Shown here in pieces: positions 27,389-38,402 of a stretch of 64,000 bases of DNA. The position numbers and the translations under genes were made by a program. Positions within the stretch are counted from its first letter, which is position 1; the number at the start of each line of letters is the position of its first letter. The notes beneath the pieces are model-generated. The model searched no databases. It saw only the letters and a list, made by a program, of their open reading frames with translations, and was not told where the DNA came from. This DNA comes from Gemmatimonadota bacterium (GTDB lineage: Bacteria; Gemmatimonadota; Gemmatimonadetes; Gemmatimonadales; GWC2-71-9). The DNA is taken from NCBI GenBank assembly GCA_003221895.1, contig QHUJ01000117.1:9379-73378 (forward strand). Direction: 5' to 3'.

Positions 27389-28147
27389 TCACTTCTTGAG
27401 AAACGCGCTCAGCGCCGCCCGAAAGTCGGGCGTGCTGCGGCTTACCGCGTTGACATCGGCCCCCAGGCGGAGGCCGTCTTCGAAACCTAACCCGTCCAGC
27501 TGGTAGAACTGCTGCTTGGTGAAGGCGAGCGCCGAGGGACTCGCTTCGGCCAGCACGCGTAGCACCTCGCCGGCCTGCTCCTCGAAGTCGGCGTCGTCGT
27601 AGACCCGCGACGCGAGCCCCGCCGCCGCGGCCTCCGTCCCGTCGAGCAGACGCCCGGTCGTCGCGAGATCGAACGCGATCTTTTCGCCGATCGCGCGGCG
27701 CAGCATCGTCATGACGATCGCCGGCACGAAGCCGCGCTGCACTTCGGGATAGCCGAACTGGGCCGATTCTGAGGCGAGAAGGAGATCGCAGGCGGTGGCG
27801 AGCCCGCATCCACCCGCGAGCGCGCGTCCCTGTACCAGAGCCACGACCGGCTTTGGGAGTCGGCGCATCCGGATGAAGATTTCGGCAAAATGCAGCGCAG
27901 CCTTGCGGTTCTGCTCGAGCGACTGGTCGGCGGATGCCAGCAGCTCGTTGAGGTCCATCCCGGCGCAGAAGTCGCGTCCGGCGCCGCGGATCGCCACCAC
28001 CCGCACCCCGCCATCGAGGTCCGCCCGCTCGAGCGTGGCGAGTAACGCATCGATCATCGCCGTGTCGATGGCGTTGCGCTTATCCTCGCGATTGAGGGTC
28101 GCTGTGAGAATGCCGCCCTCCACGGTGACGAGGACGCGCTCGCTCAC
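27389..28147 (-). CDS. Enoyl-CoA hydratase/isomerase family protein
   Basis: AIRGAGRDFCAGMDL and ALVQGRALAGGCGLATACDLLLA. Confidence 0.85.
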   Translation of the reverse strand: MSERVLVTVEGGILTATLNREDKRNAIDTAMIDALLATLERADLDGGVRVVAIRGAGRDFCAGMDLNELLASADQSLEQNRKAALHFAEIFIRMRRLPKPVVALVQGRALAGGCGLATACDLLLASESAQFGYPEVQRGFVPAIVMTMLRRAIGEKIAFDLATTGRLLDGTEAAAAGLASRVYDDADFEEQAGEVLRVLAEASPSALAFTKQQFYQLDGLGFEDGLRLGADVNAVSRSTPDFRAALSAFLKK

Positions 28148-28515
28148 CGGCCGACCTCGATTTCCATGCGCAGCAGCGCGGTGGAGAACACCTTCCCTTG
28201 CGCATCGGTCTTGAGAGAAATCGTGCCGCCGCCATCGAGCGCGCCATGCAGCAGGAAGTTCAGGGCGAAGAGGTTGGGCAGCTCGAAGCGCTCGACCAGG
28301 CCCTTGATCATGCCTGTAAAATGCCGCGCCACGCGGGCCGCCGTCACCTGTTTCACCAGCAGCGGATAGTCCTTCGGATTCCGCGCGATGAGCCCGATGT
28401 TCGCGGTATCTCCTTTATCACCGGACCGAGCGTGAGCGATTTCCACGAGCCGAATCGTCCTCGCCCGTCTTGCCCGTCCCGCCCGTCCCGCCCGCCCCGC
28501 CCGCCCGCGCGTCAT
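28144..28515 (-). CDS. DUF4387-like small protein (partner of AtuA/DUF1446 proteins)
   Basis: [19 protein letters not shown] core. ATGA overlaps on both sides. N-terminal [16 protein letters not shown] is encoded by a 9-bp repeat. Confidence 0.55.
   Translation of the reverse strand: MTRGRAGRAGRAGRARRARTIRLVEIAHARSGDKGDTANIGLIARNPKDYPLLVKQVTAARVARHFTGMIKGLVERFELPNLFALNFLLHGALDGGGTISLKTDAQGKVFSTALLRMEIEVGR
28463..28507 (-). repeat. Five tandem copies of a 9-bp unit GCCCGYCYN
   Basis: gcccgtctt gcccgtccc gcccgtccc gcccgcccc gcccgcccg. In frame; encodes the (GRA)n N-terminus of the DUF4387-like protein. Confidence 0.85.
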
Positions 28516-29894
28516 GCGTCCACGATCTCCACTTTCGGCTCCACGACCTTCCGATCGATCAGCGCCGGCCAGTACGCGACGATCTCCTCGGGCTTGGGGC
28601 GCCCACCGGCAAACCCCGTTACACTCGGCGGCCCGTTGAGAATCAGCGGCGCGATTTCGCGGGTGAATCGGTCCACCGGCGCCTGGTCGGCTGAGCGGAC
28701 CCCGATGCGCAGCTGCACCTCGGGGATTTCACTCGCGTCGAAGTCCGCGAGCGCGAGCGGACCATGCGTCGCCGTGGCGCCCACGAACTCCGTGTGAATG
28801 GCCTCGAACTTGAGCTTGAGATCCTCGAGTCGCTGGCGCAGCACGCGGTCCGCGGCCTGCGCCTTCTTGAGCGCGTCGGGCCAGGCGTAGACGAGCGTCC
28901 CCACGGCCTTGTAGCCGTAGAAATACGCAATGGAGACTTTGAGCTTGTCGGTCGCCGGCTTTCCCTTGACCCCCGACACCTGAACCCTGTCCTTGCCATT
29001 CTGCTTCAGTTGAATCGTCGTAAAGTCCGCGATGCCGTCGGGCGTGATGTAGGACTGCGGATCGCCCATCTCGTACACGAGCTGCTCGGTGACCCCGGCG
29101 ACGTCGATGCGACCACCGCTGCGCGGATGCTTCACCAGCTCGAAGGTGCCGCCGGCCTGTGCTTCGACGATGGGATAGCCGACGTTGGCGAGGTCGGGAA
29201 TGTGCTCCCAATCGTTCAGGCAGTTGCCGCCGCTGGCCTGGGCGCCGCACTCGATGATGTGGCCGGCCACGGTCCCCGCCGCGATGAGATCCCACGCATC
29301 GCCGGACCAGCCGAAGGCGTGCATCAATGGGCCGAGGGTCAATCCCGTATCGGTGACGCGCCCCGTGATCACGACCTGGGCGCCGCGGCGCAGCGCGTCA
29401 ACCACGGGAGCGGCGCCGAGGTAGGCGTTCGCGGAGAGGACGCGGTCGCGGACATCGCGCAGCGGCCGGCCGGTATCGAGGTTCTTGAGCTCGTGCCCGC
29501 GGGCCACCAGGCCATCGAGCCGGCCGAGCAAGTCGTCCCCCGTCACGACGCCAATCTTGAGTTTCCCGGAAAGACCGAGCTTCTTCGCCACCGCTGCGAC
29601 CGCCGCGGCGCAGGCGCGCGGATTCACGCCGCCGGCATTCGCCGTGACCTTAATCCCGCGCTCGATCACGGTCGGCAGGATCCGCTCCATCTGCGTGATG
29701 AAATCCGTGGCGTAGCCCAGCGACGCGTCACGCGACTTCTGTTTCTGGAGGATGGACATCGTCACTTCGGCGAGGTAGTCCATCATGAGGTAATCGATCG
29801 GACCACCCGTCACCTGACGGTATGGCGCTTCCAACCAGTCTCCCCAGAACCCCTGCCCGGCCGCGACGCGCACCGTCGCCGGTCGAGAGGTCAC
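28512..29894 (-). CDS. AtuA-like (DUF1446, acyclic terpene utilisation family) protein
   Basis: N-terminal [13 protein letters not shown]...[11 protein letters not shown] pattern and ~460 aa size, followed by the small DUF4387-type partner. Confidence 0.65.
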   Translation of the reverse strand: MTSRPATVRVAAGQGFWGDWLEAPYRQVTGGPIDYLMMDYLAEVTMSILQKQKSRDASLGYATDFITQMERILPTVIERGIKVTANAGGVNPRACAAAVAAVAKKLGLSGKLKIGVVTGDDLLGRLDGLVARGHELKNLDTGRPLRDVRDRVLSANAYLGAAPVVDALRRGAQVVITGRVTDTGLTLGPLMHAFGWSGDAWDLIAAGTVAGHIIECGAQASGGNCLNDWEHIPDLANVGYPIVEAQAGGTFELVKHPRSGGRIDVAGVTEQLVYEMGDPQSYITPDGIADFTTIQLKQNGKDRVQVSGVKGKPATDKLKVSIAYFYGYKAVGTLVYAWPDALKKAQAADRVLRQRLEDLKLKFEAIHTEFVGATATHGPLALADFDASEIPEVQLRIGVRSADQAPVDRFTREIAPLILNGPPSVTGFAGGRPKPEEIVAYWPALIDRKVVEPKVEIVDA

Positions 29895-32710
29895 CGGGTG
29901 GGGACCCCGTCCGCGCCGCTCCCGACCGCCATGCGCCGGACCGCCACCGTTCCGACCAGCGTCGTCACGCGTGTTTCGATCAACGCCGCGAATCCTTCCG
30001 GTTTCTCGATCGCCGGCGGATTCGGCAGCCGCACGACGGCGCGTCCCCCGGCCACAACGGACAGGTCGCCGGCTTCGCCGACCGGCTCATCGAGTCCGAG
30101 GAAACGAATTCGCGCGCTCCCCTTCCACGAGTGGCCCGGCAACCTGGCGAAGGCGGGATAGAGCTCGATGACGACGGGTTTGCCCTTCAGGGAATCGGGC
30201 AGTGTGACGCCCAGCCGTCCGAACGCGTAGTTCATCGGATGATTGCCGCCGCGTAGCTGCTGTCCAGTGGAGTCGTACGCGGTGAGCGAGAAGTCGGTCA
30301 TCTCGTCCCACAAATCGGGTGAGACGTCGACATCGACTTCCATCCGTTTCGCCCAGCGTGGCGGCCGCACCTGCAGCGTCTCAGCCGGCTGCCCGCGGCC
30401 CGCGATGGCATACTCGCGTTCTGCGCCCACGAGTCGATGCACGACCTGGCCGGTGACGGTGTTCGCGGATCCGGTGGAGACGCTGGAGGCCTCGAGGGAC
30501 TGTTGCGCAGCGGTGAGCGCCACGGGGCCGAGGTCGGCGCGCACCGTCGCGGTTGCCGGCCTGAGCGGCGGTGCCACGACGTCGAGCTCGTAGACGCCCG
30601 GTACCAGCTCCTCGCCCCGAACCACAATGGTTGCCGTCCCGGGTTGCCGCTCGCCGATGTCGATGTCATCCGGCGCCGAGCGAGCTGGCTCACCGTTCGG
30701 CTCGTACAGCCGGACCGTGGCCTGCTGCGCCTGCGAGTCGGGCAACGTGACGGTGGCGCGGAGCGTGGCGCCCGGCTGGGAGACCCGCAGGAAGTAGCGT
30801 TGCACGCCTGCGGCAGCAATCGTGCGCCGCTCGTCGAACAGGACCTTCGCCGCGAGATCGACGGGGACAATGACCGTGTTCACAAGTGTGAACAGCGGTC
30901 CTGCGAGGGGATCGCGCGGATTGAGTGCCGTGATGGTCCCGACGTACACCCCCGGTGACGTGAGCGTGCTGCGCCGGTAGGTGACGGGGATCTGGGTCGC
31001 GCGCGGCGCGGCGTCCACGGTGTCGTCGGTCGAGAGCCAGGGAACGTCACTGCGCAGAGTGAATTGAGCGGCGCGCAGGCCGGCGAGGTGGCGCACGGTG
31101 AACGTTTCGACCGTGTCCTGCTCACTCGCGAATCCATTGCGACGGAACGCGGCGGATACACCGTTCGCCGCGCGCACACCGTATCTCGAGCCCTGGTGTC
31201 CCGCTTCGAGCCACTGATAGGCGATATCGAGCTCGGGCGACCCGGCACCTTCGTCGATGACGCGGGCCGCGCCCAGCGGATGCGCCGATACGCGCAGCGC
31301 CTGCATGATTTCTGCGGCGCTCCCCTTGCGATTCTCCTGCCCGAGCGCAGAGATGAGACAGGCCGCGAGTCCCGCCGCATGCGGCGCGGCCATGCTGGTG
31401 CCCCCCTTGATCTCATTCCCCGTGTCCCAGCGCGGCACCGTCGAGTACGCAACGCCCGGCGCCACGATGTCCGGCTTCGCCACCTCGCCACCGCGCGAGC
31501 TGAACCACCCGAGCACGTCGCGCGGTGACGGCATGCCCTGCTGCGCCGCCTCAGCAAAGACGCCGGGGTACACGGCGCCGACCGACAGCGCGAGATCGGC
31601 GGAGCCGGGGAAGCCGACGGTCGAAAGCCCGGGCCCGTCATTGCCGGCACTGATCGTAAACACCGCATCCGGATGGGTCAGCAGAAACTGGTCGACTACC
31701 GAGTCGATGACCGCGTGCCCTTCGTGCTCATTGCCGACGCCGAAGCTGAGGTTGAGCACCAGGGGCAGGTTGCGCTGCGCCGCGTAGCGCGCGGCGTAGT
31801 CCATCGCGCGCATCATGCTGCCATGAACGGTGACGCCACCGCGCGCGTTGTTTGCGATCTTGAGGCCCATGACCTGCGCGCCAGGCGCCACGCCGTTGAA
31901 CCCCGTCACGTTGTAGAGGCTGAAGCCAGCCGCGATGCCGGCGACGTGCGTGCCATGGCCTGACGTGTCGAAGAACAAATCGAGGATGGGGACGCTGTCC
32001 GATTCGCTGAAGTTCGCGACGAGGGTGAGCGGTTTCTTGCCGAGCGCAATCATCTCGCGCCCCTGGCGAAAATCGTGCAGCGGCATCTCGTCTTCGAACG
32101 AGCCGTCGAGATTCGAGTCGATGAATGCCACCCAACCGTCGGTCGCTTTCACCACGACGACCGGGAATTCATCGGTGTTGCGGCCGTTCCCGTTGACGTC
32201 GGCGGCCGGCGGAAGGCCCAATGGCAGCTCCCTGAACACGCCGCGGTACCACGTCGCCGCAGTCGTCAGCCGGCCGATACGGCCGGCGCCCTTCATCTCG
32301 GCATCCGTCGGAGCTGGAAACGCCGTGAGGGACACCCGCCCTTCGCCCGAGAAATCGCGCAGCTCGATGACTTTCGGCGCGCCCGTGCTCGTGGCGATGA
32401 GGCCTGGCACGTTAGGATCGAGGCCGCTATCCAGAATCGCGATCACCACGCCGCGACCATCGTAGGTCGGGTGCAACCCGCGGAACACGTCGATGCCGGT
32501 GCTCTTGAGCGGCATCAGGCCGAGCATGAAGGCGATGGGCGGCTCGACCTCGGGTTCGGGCGCTCCTCCGACCCGGCTGCCGTCCGCCGGTGTGGCGGAG
32601 ACCGTCGGAGGCGGCTGCGTCACCGGGGTGGGCGCTTGGGGCGCGAGCGCCTTGGTGCCGCACGCGGCGACGAGGGCGAGAGACACGGCGGCGAATTGCT
32701 TCTTGATCAC
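29891..32710 (-). CDS. S8 (subtilisin-like) serine peptidase lipoprotein, large multidomain
   Basis: Lipobox LALVAAC. Catalytic Asp [10 protein letters not shown], His [12 protein letters not shown], Ser [13 protein letters not shown] ~450-aa C-terminal extension. Confidence 0.9.
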   Translation of the reverse strand: MIKKQFAAVSLALVAACGTKALAPQAPTPVTQPPPTVSATPADGSRVGGAPEPEVEPPIAFMLGLMPLKSTGIDVFRGLHPTYDGRGVVIAILDSGLDPNVPGLIATSTGAPKVIELRDFSGEGRVSLTAFPAPTDAEMKGAGRIGRLTTAATWYRGVFRELPLGLPPAADVNGNGRNTDEFPVVVVKATDGWVAFIDSNLDGSFEDEMPLHDFRQGREMIALGKKPLTLVANFSESDSVPILDLFFDTSGHGTHVAGIAAGFSLYNVTGFNGVAPGAQVMGLKIANNARGGVTVHGSMMRAMDYAARYAAQRNLPLVLNLSFGVGNEHEGHAVIDSVVDQFLLTHPDAVFTISAGNDGPGLSTVGFPGSADLALSVGAVYPGVFAEAAQQGMPSPRDVLGWFSSRGGEVAKPDIVAPGVAYSTVPRWDTGNEIKGGTSMAAPHAAGLAACLISALGQENRKGSAAEIMQALRVSAHPLGAARVIDEGAGSPELDIAYQWLEAGHQGSRYGVRAANGVSAAFRRNGFASEQDTVETFTVRHLAGLRAAQFTLRSDVPWLSTDDTVDAAPRATQIPVTYRRSTLTSPGVYVGTITALNPRDPLAGPLFTLVNTVIVPVDLAAKVLFDERRTIAAAGVQRYFLRVSQPGATLRATVTLPDSQAQQATVRLYEPNGEPARSAPDDIDIGERQPGTATIVVRGEELVPGVYELDVVAPPLRPATATVRADLGPVALTAAQQSLEASSVSTGSANTVTGQVVHRLVGAEREYAIAGRGQPAETLQVRPPRWAKRMEVDVDVSPDLWDEMTDFSLTAYDSTGQQLRGGNHPMNYAFGRLGVTLPDSLKGKPVVIELYPAFARLPGHSWKGSARIRFLGLDEPVGEAGDLSVVAGGRAVVRLPNPPAIEKPEGFAALIETRVTTLVGTVAVRRMAVGSGADGVPTR

Positions 32711-34278
32711 GGCAGACTCGGCAGTGCAAAGGCCCCGATGTGCGGGCCGGTGAATTCCGTGGCTACCTCGAGGAGAAACGCGAGCGTGTCGCGCGTCTCT
32801 TCAGGAGTAAGGATCGCATCGACAAAACCGCGGGCGCCGGCGACCTTCGCGTCGAGCTGATGCTCGTAGTCGGCGCGCATGGCCGCGACCGCGGCCGCGT
32901 TCTCGGGCTTGGCGGCATCGGCGCCGTACACGGCCTGGATGGCTGATTCGCCTTCCATCACGCCCATCCGCCCGGTTGGCCAGGAAACGATGAAATCGGG
33001 ATCGAAGCCCTGCCCCGCCATCGCATAATAGCCGGCCCCGGAAGCATGGTTCACCGTGAGGACCAGTTTCGGCACGGTGGCGGTCGCCATCGCCTCGACG
33101 AAGCGGGCGCCGGCGCGGATGATCCCCGAATGCTCCGCTTCAGTCCCCACCATGAATCCCGACACATCCTGAATGAACAGCAGCGGGACGCGCTCGCGGT
33201 CGGCGTTCTCGATGAAGTACGCCACCTTCTCCGCGCTATCGGTGTAAATGATCCCTCCGATTCGGGGAGTTTCGCCTTTCTGTTTTGACTTGATCACGCC
33301 GCGCGAATTGGCGATCACGGCGACCTGCCGGCCTTCGATCGCCCCATGCCCGCAGATCATCTCCGGCGCGATCTCGGGTTGGAACTCGTCGAGGCGGCCG
33401 CTGTCGAGCAGCGCGTCGAGCAGGGCGCGCACGTCATAGCTCATCCGGTGATCGACGGGAATCAGGTCATACAGCGCCTTGGTATCGCGCTTGGGTGCGG
33501 TGTACGTCCGCCGGGCCGCCGCCTGGTGCGGCAAGCGTCCCAGGTATTCCCGGATGCGCAGGATGCAGTCCTTGTCGTCTTTCGCGCGATAATGCGCGAC
33601 CGCGCTGATGCCCGTATGCGTGGTCGCGCCGCCGAGCGATTCGGCGTCCACCACCTGGCCGGTGGCGCCTTTGACGAGGTTCGGTCCGCCCAATCCCATG
33701 AATGAAGTGCCCTCGACCATGAAGATCACATCGGACAGCGCCGGCAGATACGCGCCGCCCGCGATGCACGGTCCCATGACGGCAGCGATCTGCGGGACCT
33801 TGAGATAGCGCCGCATGATCGAGTTGTAGTAGAAGATCCGCGCCGCTCCATATTGACCCGGGAAGACGCCCCCTTGATACGGGAGGTTCACGCCCGCGGA
33901 ATCGACCAGATAGATGATCGGGATGCGCTGGCGCATCGCGACTTCCTGGGCGCGCAGGATCTTCTTGATGGTTTCAGGCCACCACGAACCGGCCTTCACC
34001 GTCGCGTCATTTGCGACGACCACGACGGGACGCCCACCCACCCGCCCCAGCCCAGTGACGACGCCCGCGGCGGGCGCCTGGCCGTCGTACTGGTCCCAGG
34101 CCACCAGCAGGCCGACTTCGACCCACGGGCCATCGCGATCGAGCAGCGCGGCAATGCGCTCGCGTGCGGTCAGCTTGCCCTGATCGTGCTGGCGTTTGAT
34201 GCGCTCGGCGCCCCCGCCCTGTTCCAGGCGGGTGCGGAGTGTTCGATACTCATCATTGAGGGACTTGAGGCGACTCAC
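32707..34278 (-). CDS. Acyl-CoA carboxylase carboxyltransferase (beta) subunit, PccB/MccB/AtuC-like
   Basis: [28 protein letters not shown] and [17 protein letters not shown]. Start set at GTG 34278 (GTGA overlap with the mutase B12 subunit stop). The track's 163-aa N-terminal extension is off-frame sequence. Confidence 0.9.
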   Translation of the reverse strand: MSRLKSLNDEYRTLRTRLEQGGGAERIKRQHDQGKLTARERIAALLDRDGPWVEVGLLVAWDQYDGQAPAAGVVTGLGRVGGRPVVVVANDATVKAGSWWPETIKKILRAQEVAMRQRIPIIYLVDSAGVNLPYQGGVFPGQYGAARIFYYNSIMRRYLKVPQIAAVMGPCIAGGAYLPALSDVIFMVEGTSFMGLGGPNLVKGATGQVVDAESLGGATTHTGISAVAHYRAKDDKDCILRIREYLGRLPHQAAARRTYTAPKRDTKALYDLIPVDHRMSYDVRALLDALLDSGRLDEFQPEIAPEMICGHGAIEGRQVAVIANSRGVIKSKQKGETPRIGGIIYTDSAEKVAYFIENADRERVPLLFIQDVSGFMVGTEAEHSGIIRAGARFVEAMATATVPKLVLTVNHASGAGYYAMAGQGFDPDFIVSWPTGRMGVMEGESAIQAVYGADAAKPENAAAVAAMRADYEHQLDAKVAGARGFVDAILTPEETRDTLAFLLEVATEFTGPHIGAFALPSLP

Positions 34279-34697
34279 GCGGCGACGTGCTCCGCCGCCC
34301 ACTCCTCGATGTACTTGATGAGATCCGTTGTCGGCGTACCCGGTCCAAACAGCTTGCCCGTTCCCTGGGTCTCGAGTGCGCTCATGTCTTCGGGAGGAAT
34401 GATGCCGCCGCCGGTGAGCAACACATCCTGACGGCCGGCCGCGTCGAGCAGCTTGCGCACCCGGGGGAACAACGTCATGTGGGCGCCCGAGAGGATGGAA
34501 AGGCCGACGACGTCGACGTCTTCCTGGATCGCCGCCTGGGCGATCATCTCGGGCGTCTGGTGCAGGCCGGTGTAAATCACTTCCATTCCCGCGTCCCGTA
34601 ACGCGGCGGCGACGACTTTCGCGCCGCGGTCGTGCCCGTCCAGCCCCGGCTTCGCGACGAGGATGCGGATCGGCCGGCGGCGAGCCTGCTTCGCCAT
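34275..34697 (-). CDS. Methylmalonyl-CoA mutase small subunit (cobalamin-binding domain)
   Basis: [18 protein letters not shown] (DxHxxG B12 motif) and [11 protein letters not shown]. Confidence 0.9.
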   Translation of the reverse strand: MAKQARRRPIRILVAKPGLDGHDRGAKVVAAALRDAGMEVIYTGLHQTPEMIAQAAIQEDVDVVGLSILSGAHMTLFPRVRKLLDAAGRQDVLLTGGGIIPPEDMSALETQGTGKLFGPGTPTTDLIKYIEEWAAEHVAA

Positions 34698-35776
34698 CAG
34701 GAGCGGAAGCGCAGCAGCGCCGCGAGGCCGTCCACGACACGCCGGGCTTTCTCGTCGTAGAGCACATCGACCTGTGCGCGCTGGCGTAGCGCCTCTTCTA
34801 TCGCCTCATCGATTCGCGTGTCGCCGTCATGCCCATCCGCCAACAGGGTGCGCACCTGGCCACGGCCGAGCGCCTTGAGCGTCGGCTCGACGCCGTTCAC
34901 GGCCCATCCTCGCGGGGCGCCGTCCGTGACGGCATCCGCGTGGGCGCGCTCCCAGGCACGCTCGCGCTCTTCGCGCAGCGTCAATGTTGCCTCGCGCACT
35001 TCGGCCGCTGACGCCTTTTTGGGATTGAGCTTGATGACGCCCAGTACCAGGTCGTGCACATAGGTGTGAAGGTGCGGGATCACGGCACCGGCGTCCACGC
35101 CCACGCTGCCGAGCACGATGCCCGAGAGTGGCTTTTCGCGGTTGATCTGGAACACGCGGTCGGCGATGTGCGCGTAGAGACGGTGCTTCTCTGTGCGGAT
35201 GCGCATGTGATAGTTGTGCTCACCGGCGCCGCCGTGGAACTTGCCGGCGCGCGACGCGTCGACTCCCGCGAGCCCCGGAAGCTCGACGCTGTCATACGCT
35301 GTGACCTCGAAGAAGCGGGCCGCAGTGCGATCGTACAGGACGGTCAGAATCGTTCCGAACTCTTCCTCCAGCACCAGGAGCTCACGGATCAGCGGCTCGC
35401 GCTCGATCGCGAGGCGCGAGCGGTGCACGTGCGGCAGCGGAAGCACTTCGAACAGGTCGAGATCGCGCGACGCGAACAGCGCGATGGCGCGCGCCCGTGG
35501 CAGGTGATTTGGCTCCTCCAGATACGTGAGCACACGATGGAGATCGGCGGCAATGATCTCCCGCTCCTGATGGCTCAGCGGCTGGCGGGACAGCGCGGCC
35601 TCCGTCTCGCGCACCCGGTTCTTCATCTTGATGAGGTACTTGCCGCGCGACCGATCGCGCGGCTCGAGCTTCAGGTAGCAGCTGACGACCCAGTGCTTGC
35701 CTGGTTCGATGGCGGCGAGGCGCTCGACGGCGGCACGGGCGTTCTGGTCCGTGATTGCGGCAGGCAGGGCGCTCAT
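34697..35776 (-). CDS. eRF1/Pelota-like (bacterial archaeo-eukaryotic release-factor family) protein without GGQ
   Basis: The C-terminal [24 protein letters not shown] ... DGLAALLRF matches the eRF1/aRF1 domain-3 pattern. The central [27 protein letters not shown] aligns with the eRF1 GGQ loop [28 protein letters not shown] (from memory), with the Gln lost. Confidence 0.65.
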   Translation of the reverse strand: MSALPAAITDQNARAAVERLAAIEPGKHWVVSCYLKLEPRDRSRGKYLIKMKNRVRETEAALSRQPLSHQEREIIAADLHRVLTYLEEPNHLPRARAIALFASRDLDLFEVLPLPHVHRSRLAIEREPLIRELLVLEEEFGTILTVLYDRTAARFFEVTAYDSVELPGLAGVDASRAGKFHGGAGEHNYHMRIRTEKHRLYAHIADRVFQINREKPLSGIVLGSVGVDAGAVIPHLHTYVHDLVLGVIKLNPKKASAAEVREATLTLREERERAWERAHADAVTDGAPRGWAVNGVEPTLKALGRGQVRTLLADGHDGDTRIDEAIEEALRQRAQVDVLYDEKARRVVDGLAALLRFRS

Positions 35777-35779
35777 GAT

Positions 35780-37342
35780 CTAGAAGAAAACGGGTTCGCG
35801 GTATGCTCCCCACACGCGTTCGAGGGCGTGGCGGATTTCGTACAGGGTGGCGTAGACGCGGGCACAGTCGAGCATCGGCCCGATCACGTTGTGATCCGCT
35901 TCCGCGGCGTGGCGCAGCGCCTCCAGGCGCTGCTCGACGAGCTCGTTGTCGCGCTCCGCTCTGAGCTGGGCCAGCCGCCGGCGCTGCTGCTCCTCGGCGT
36001 CGTTGGACACTCTCAGGATCTCGACGGGGTGGTCGTCGTCGGACAGATATTCATTGACGCCTACGATAACCTGTTCACCCATCTCCACCTGACGTTGGAA
36101 CGCAGCCGCGGACTGGGCAATCTGGCGCTGGAACCAGCCGCTCTCGATCCCTCGGACAACTCCGCCGATCGAATTGATCTCGGCGAACAGCGCCTCCGCT
36201 TCACGCTCGAGCTGATCGGTCAGGGCTTCGATGTAATAGGAGCCGCCGAGGGGATCGATCACCTCCGCGACGCCGGTCTCATGCGCCAGGATCTGCTGGG
36301 TGCGCAGCGCGACCTGCACCGATTGCTCGGTCGGGAGCGCGAGCGTTTCGTCGAGTGAGTTGGTGTGCAACGACTGCGAGCCGCCGAGCACCGCCGCGAG
36401 CGCCTGGTAGGCGACCCGTACGATGTTGTTGAGCGGCTGCTGCGCCGTCAGCGTGACGCCGGCGGTCTGGCTGTGGAAGCGCATCATCCAGGACCGCGCC
36501 TGTTTCGCTTTATAGCGCTCGCGCATGTGCCGCGCCCAGATGCGGCGGGCGGCGCGGAGCTTGGCGATCTCTTCGAAGAAGTCGTTGTGAATGTCCCAGA
36601 AGAAGGAAAGGCGTGCGGCAAAAGTATCGATGTCGAGGCCGCGGGCCATACCACGTTCGACGTACGTGAAGCCGTTGGCGAGCGTAAAGGCGAGCTCCTG
36701 GGCCGCGGTCGCCCCAGCCTCGCGGATGTGGTAGCCCGATATCGAGATCGTATTCCACAGCGGCGTGTGCTTCGAGCCCCACTCGAACATGTCGACGATG
36801 ACCTTGAGCGCGGGCTCGACGGGATAGACCCACGCATGCTGCGCCATGTACTCCTTGAGGATGTCGTTCTGCACCGTGCCGCGCAGCTTGGCGATGGGCA
36901 CGCCCTGCTTCTCGGCTGCCGCGACGTAAAAGCAGAAGAGAATGGCCGCGGGGCCATTGATGGTCATCGAGGTCGAGACCTGATCGAGCGGGATGCCGGC
37001 GAAGAGCGTTTCCATGTCGGCGAGCGACGAGATCGCCACCCCGCATTTCCCGACCTCGCCCTCAGCGCGCGGATGGTCGGAGTCGTAACCCATCAGCGTC
37101 GGAAAGTCGAAGGCGACTGACAATCCCGTCTGGCCGTGGTCGAGCAGGAACTTGTACCGCCGGTTCGTGTCCCCGGCGCTGCCGAAGCCGGCGAATTGCC
37201 GCATCGTCCAGAGCCTGCCGCGGTACATGGTCGGATGAATGCCGCGGGTGAACGGATACTCCCCGGCGCGTCCGAGCTGCCGCTCTGGATCGAAGCCGGT
37301 GAGATCGGCCGGTGTGTAGAGCGGCTTTTTTTCGATGGTCAT
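35780..37342 (-). CDS. Methylmalonyl-CoA mutase large (catalytic) subunit
   Basis: [35 protein letters not shown] and 520 aa with no B12 domain (split-type mutase). Confidence 0.93.
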   Translation of the reverse strand: MTIEKKPLYTPADLTGFDPERQLGRAGEYPFTRGIHPTMYRGRLWTMRQFAGFGSAGDTNRRYKFLLDHGQTGLSVAFDFPTLMGYDSDHPRAEGEVGKCGVAISSLADMETLFAGIPLDQVSTSMTINGPAAILFCFYVAAAEKQGVPIAKLRGTVQNDILKEYMAQHAWVYPVEPALKVIVDMFEWGSKHTPLWNTISISGYHIREAGATAAQELAFTLANGFTYVERGMARGLDIDTFAARLSFFWDIHNDFFEEIAKLRAARRIWARHMRERYKAKQARSWMMRFHSQTAGVTLTAQQPLNNIVRVAYQALAAVLGGSQSLHTNSLDETLALPTEQSVQVALRTQQILAHETGVAEVIDPLGGSYYIEALTDQLEREAEALFAEINSIGGVVRGIESGWFQRQIAQSAAAFQRQVEMGEQVIVGVNEYLSDDDHPVEILRVSNDAEEQQRRRLAQLRAERDNELVEQRLEALRHAAEADHNVIGPMLDCARVYATLYEIRHALERVWGAYREPVFF

Positions 37343-38397
37343 TTCCCGTTCCTCACCTGATCGAGGACCTCTGCGGCGACGTCGTATGGGCTGCGAATGC
37401 CAGCCGACACGTCGTCGAGTCGCCTGGCAACCAGCTCTTCAGCCTTGGTCTCATCCCATACCCACTGGCGAATCGCCCGATTCACGACTGCACGGGTGCG
37501 CGCGGCGAGGCGCCGTTTGCGGCGCTCGGCGAACTTTCCGGTGCGCTCCAGAAAATCGTGGTGGCGATCGAGCGCGGTCACGAGATCGGCGATTCCCTCA
37601 CCTTTCGAAGCAACTGTTGTGAGGACCGGGGACTCCCAATCCGACGGCCCGACGGCCTGCCGGCCGGCCGGCCGGTTGGAAGGTGCGGGCCGCCCCTGAT
37701 GCGCGGGCACATGCGCGAATGCGTTGCCCTTTCGGATGCCCAGCATGACTTCGATCTCCTGGCGAAGCTTGTCCGCCCCGGGGCGATCGCTCTTGTTGAT
37801 CACGTACAACTCGGCGATCTCCATGACGCCGGCCTTGAGCGTCTGGATGCCGTCCCCGGATTCAGGAACGAGCACCAGGACGGTCGTTTCTGCCGTCGCC
37901 GCGACATCGAGCTCGGTCTGACCCACACCCACGGTTTCGATCAGGATGCGGTCGAACCCGAACGCGTCGAGGACATCGGCGACCTCTTCGGTGGTGGTAG
38001 CGAGGCCACCCTGCGCCCCGCGGGTCGCCATGGATCGAATGAAGACGCCCGGATCGAGGCTGACCGATTCCATCCGGATGCGATCGCCGAGCAGTGCGCC
38101 TCCGGTAAAGGGGCTCGTCGGGTCCACGGCGATCACAGCGACCTTCAGGCCGTGCTCGCGATAGGCCCGCACCAGCTGCTCGGTGAGCGTGCTCTTGCCG
38201 GCGCCCGGGGGGCCCGTGATGCCGATGCGCTGCGTGCCCCGCTTGCCAAGCCGCTTGTGGACCGCTGACAAGACACGTTCGAAGCCCTCGCGTTGATTCT
38301 CGACGAGGCTGATCGCGCGCGCGAGCGCCGCCGTGTCGCTTCGGGCCAGTCCGTCGAGCAATGCGTCGAGCCGCATGTCTAAGGATAACGGCGGCAT
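37339..38397 (-). CDS. meaB: Methylmalonyl-CoA mutase-associated GTPase MeaB/ArgK
   Basis: P-loop [20 protein letters not shown] and NKSD. Start set at ATG 38397, 5 nt after the mgtE stop. The track's 177-aa extension is rejected. Confidence 0.9.
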   Translation of the reverse strand: MPPLSLDMRLDALLDGLARSDTAALARAISLVENQREGFERVLSAVHKRLGKRGTQRIGITGPPGAGKSTLTEQLVRAYREHGLKVAVIAVDPTSPFTGGALLGDRIRMESVSLDPGVFIRSMATRGAQGGLATTTEEVADVLDAFGFDRILIETVGVGQTELDVAATAETTVLVLVPESGDGIQTLKAGVMEIAELYVINKSDRPGADKLRQEIEVMLGIRKGNAFAHVPAHQGRPAPSNRPAGRQAVGPSDWESPVLTTVASKGEGIADLVTALDRHHDFLERTGKFAERRKRRLAARTRAVVNRAIRQWVWDETKAEELVARRLDDVSAGIRSPYDVAAEVLDQVRNGK

Positions 38398-38402
38398 CGC
38401 GC

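Noticed and set aside
29891-32710. The large S8 peptidase as a maturation protease of a lanthipeptide, toxin or secretion system.
   Set aside because: No precursor peptide, LanB/C/M, ABC exporter or autotransporter domain is nearby. It is a lipoprotein with a generic subtilase core, so only its odd operon context is reported.
32707-34767. Long N-terminal extensions given by the ORF track for real genes. Examples: 32707-34767, 37339-38928, 53245-56088, 55338-56252, 24987-26084, 6397-7674, 4515-5816, 5768-6553, 8243-9250, 9963-11456, 41047-42270 and 26135-27223.
   Set aside because: The extensions overlap the preceding gene in another frame and translate to Arg/Pro-rich sequence. Internal ATG/GTG/TTG starts lie exactly at 1-4 nt stop/start overlaps and give N-termini typical of each family. 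Coordinates were trimmed accordingly.
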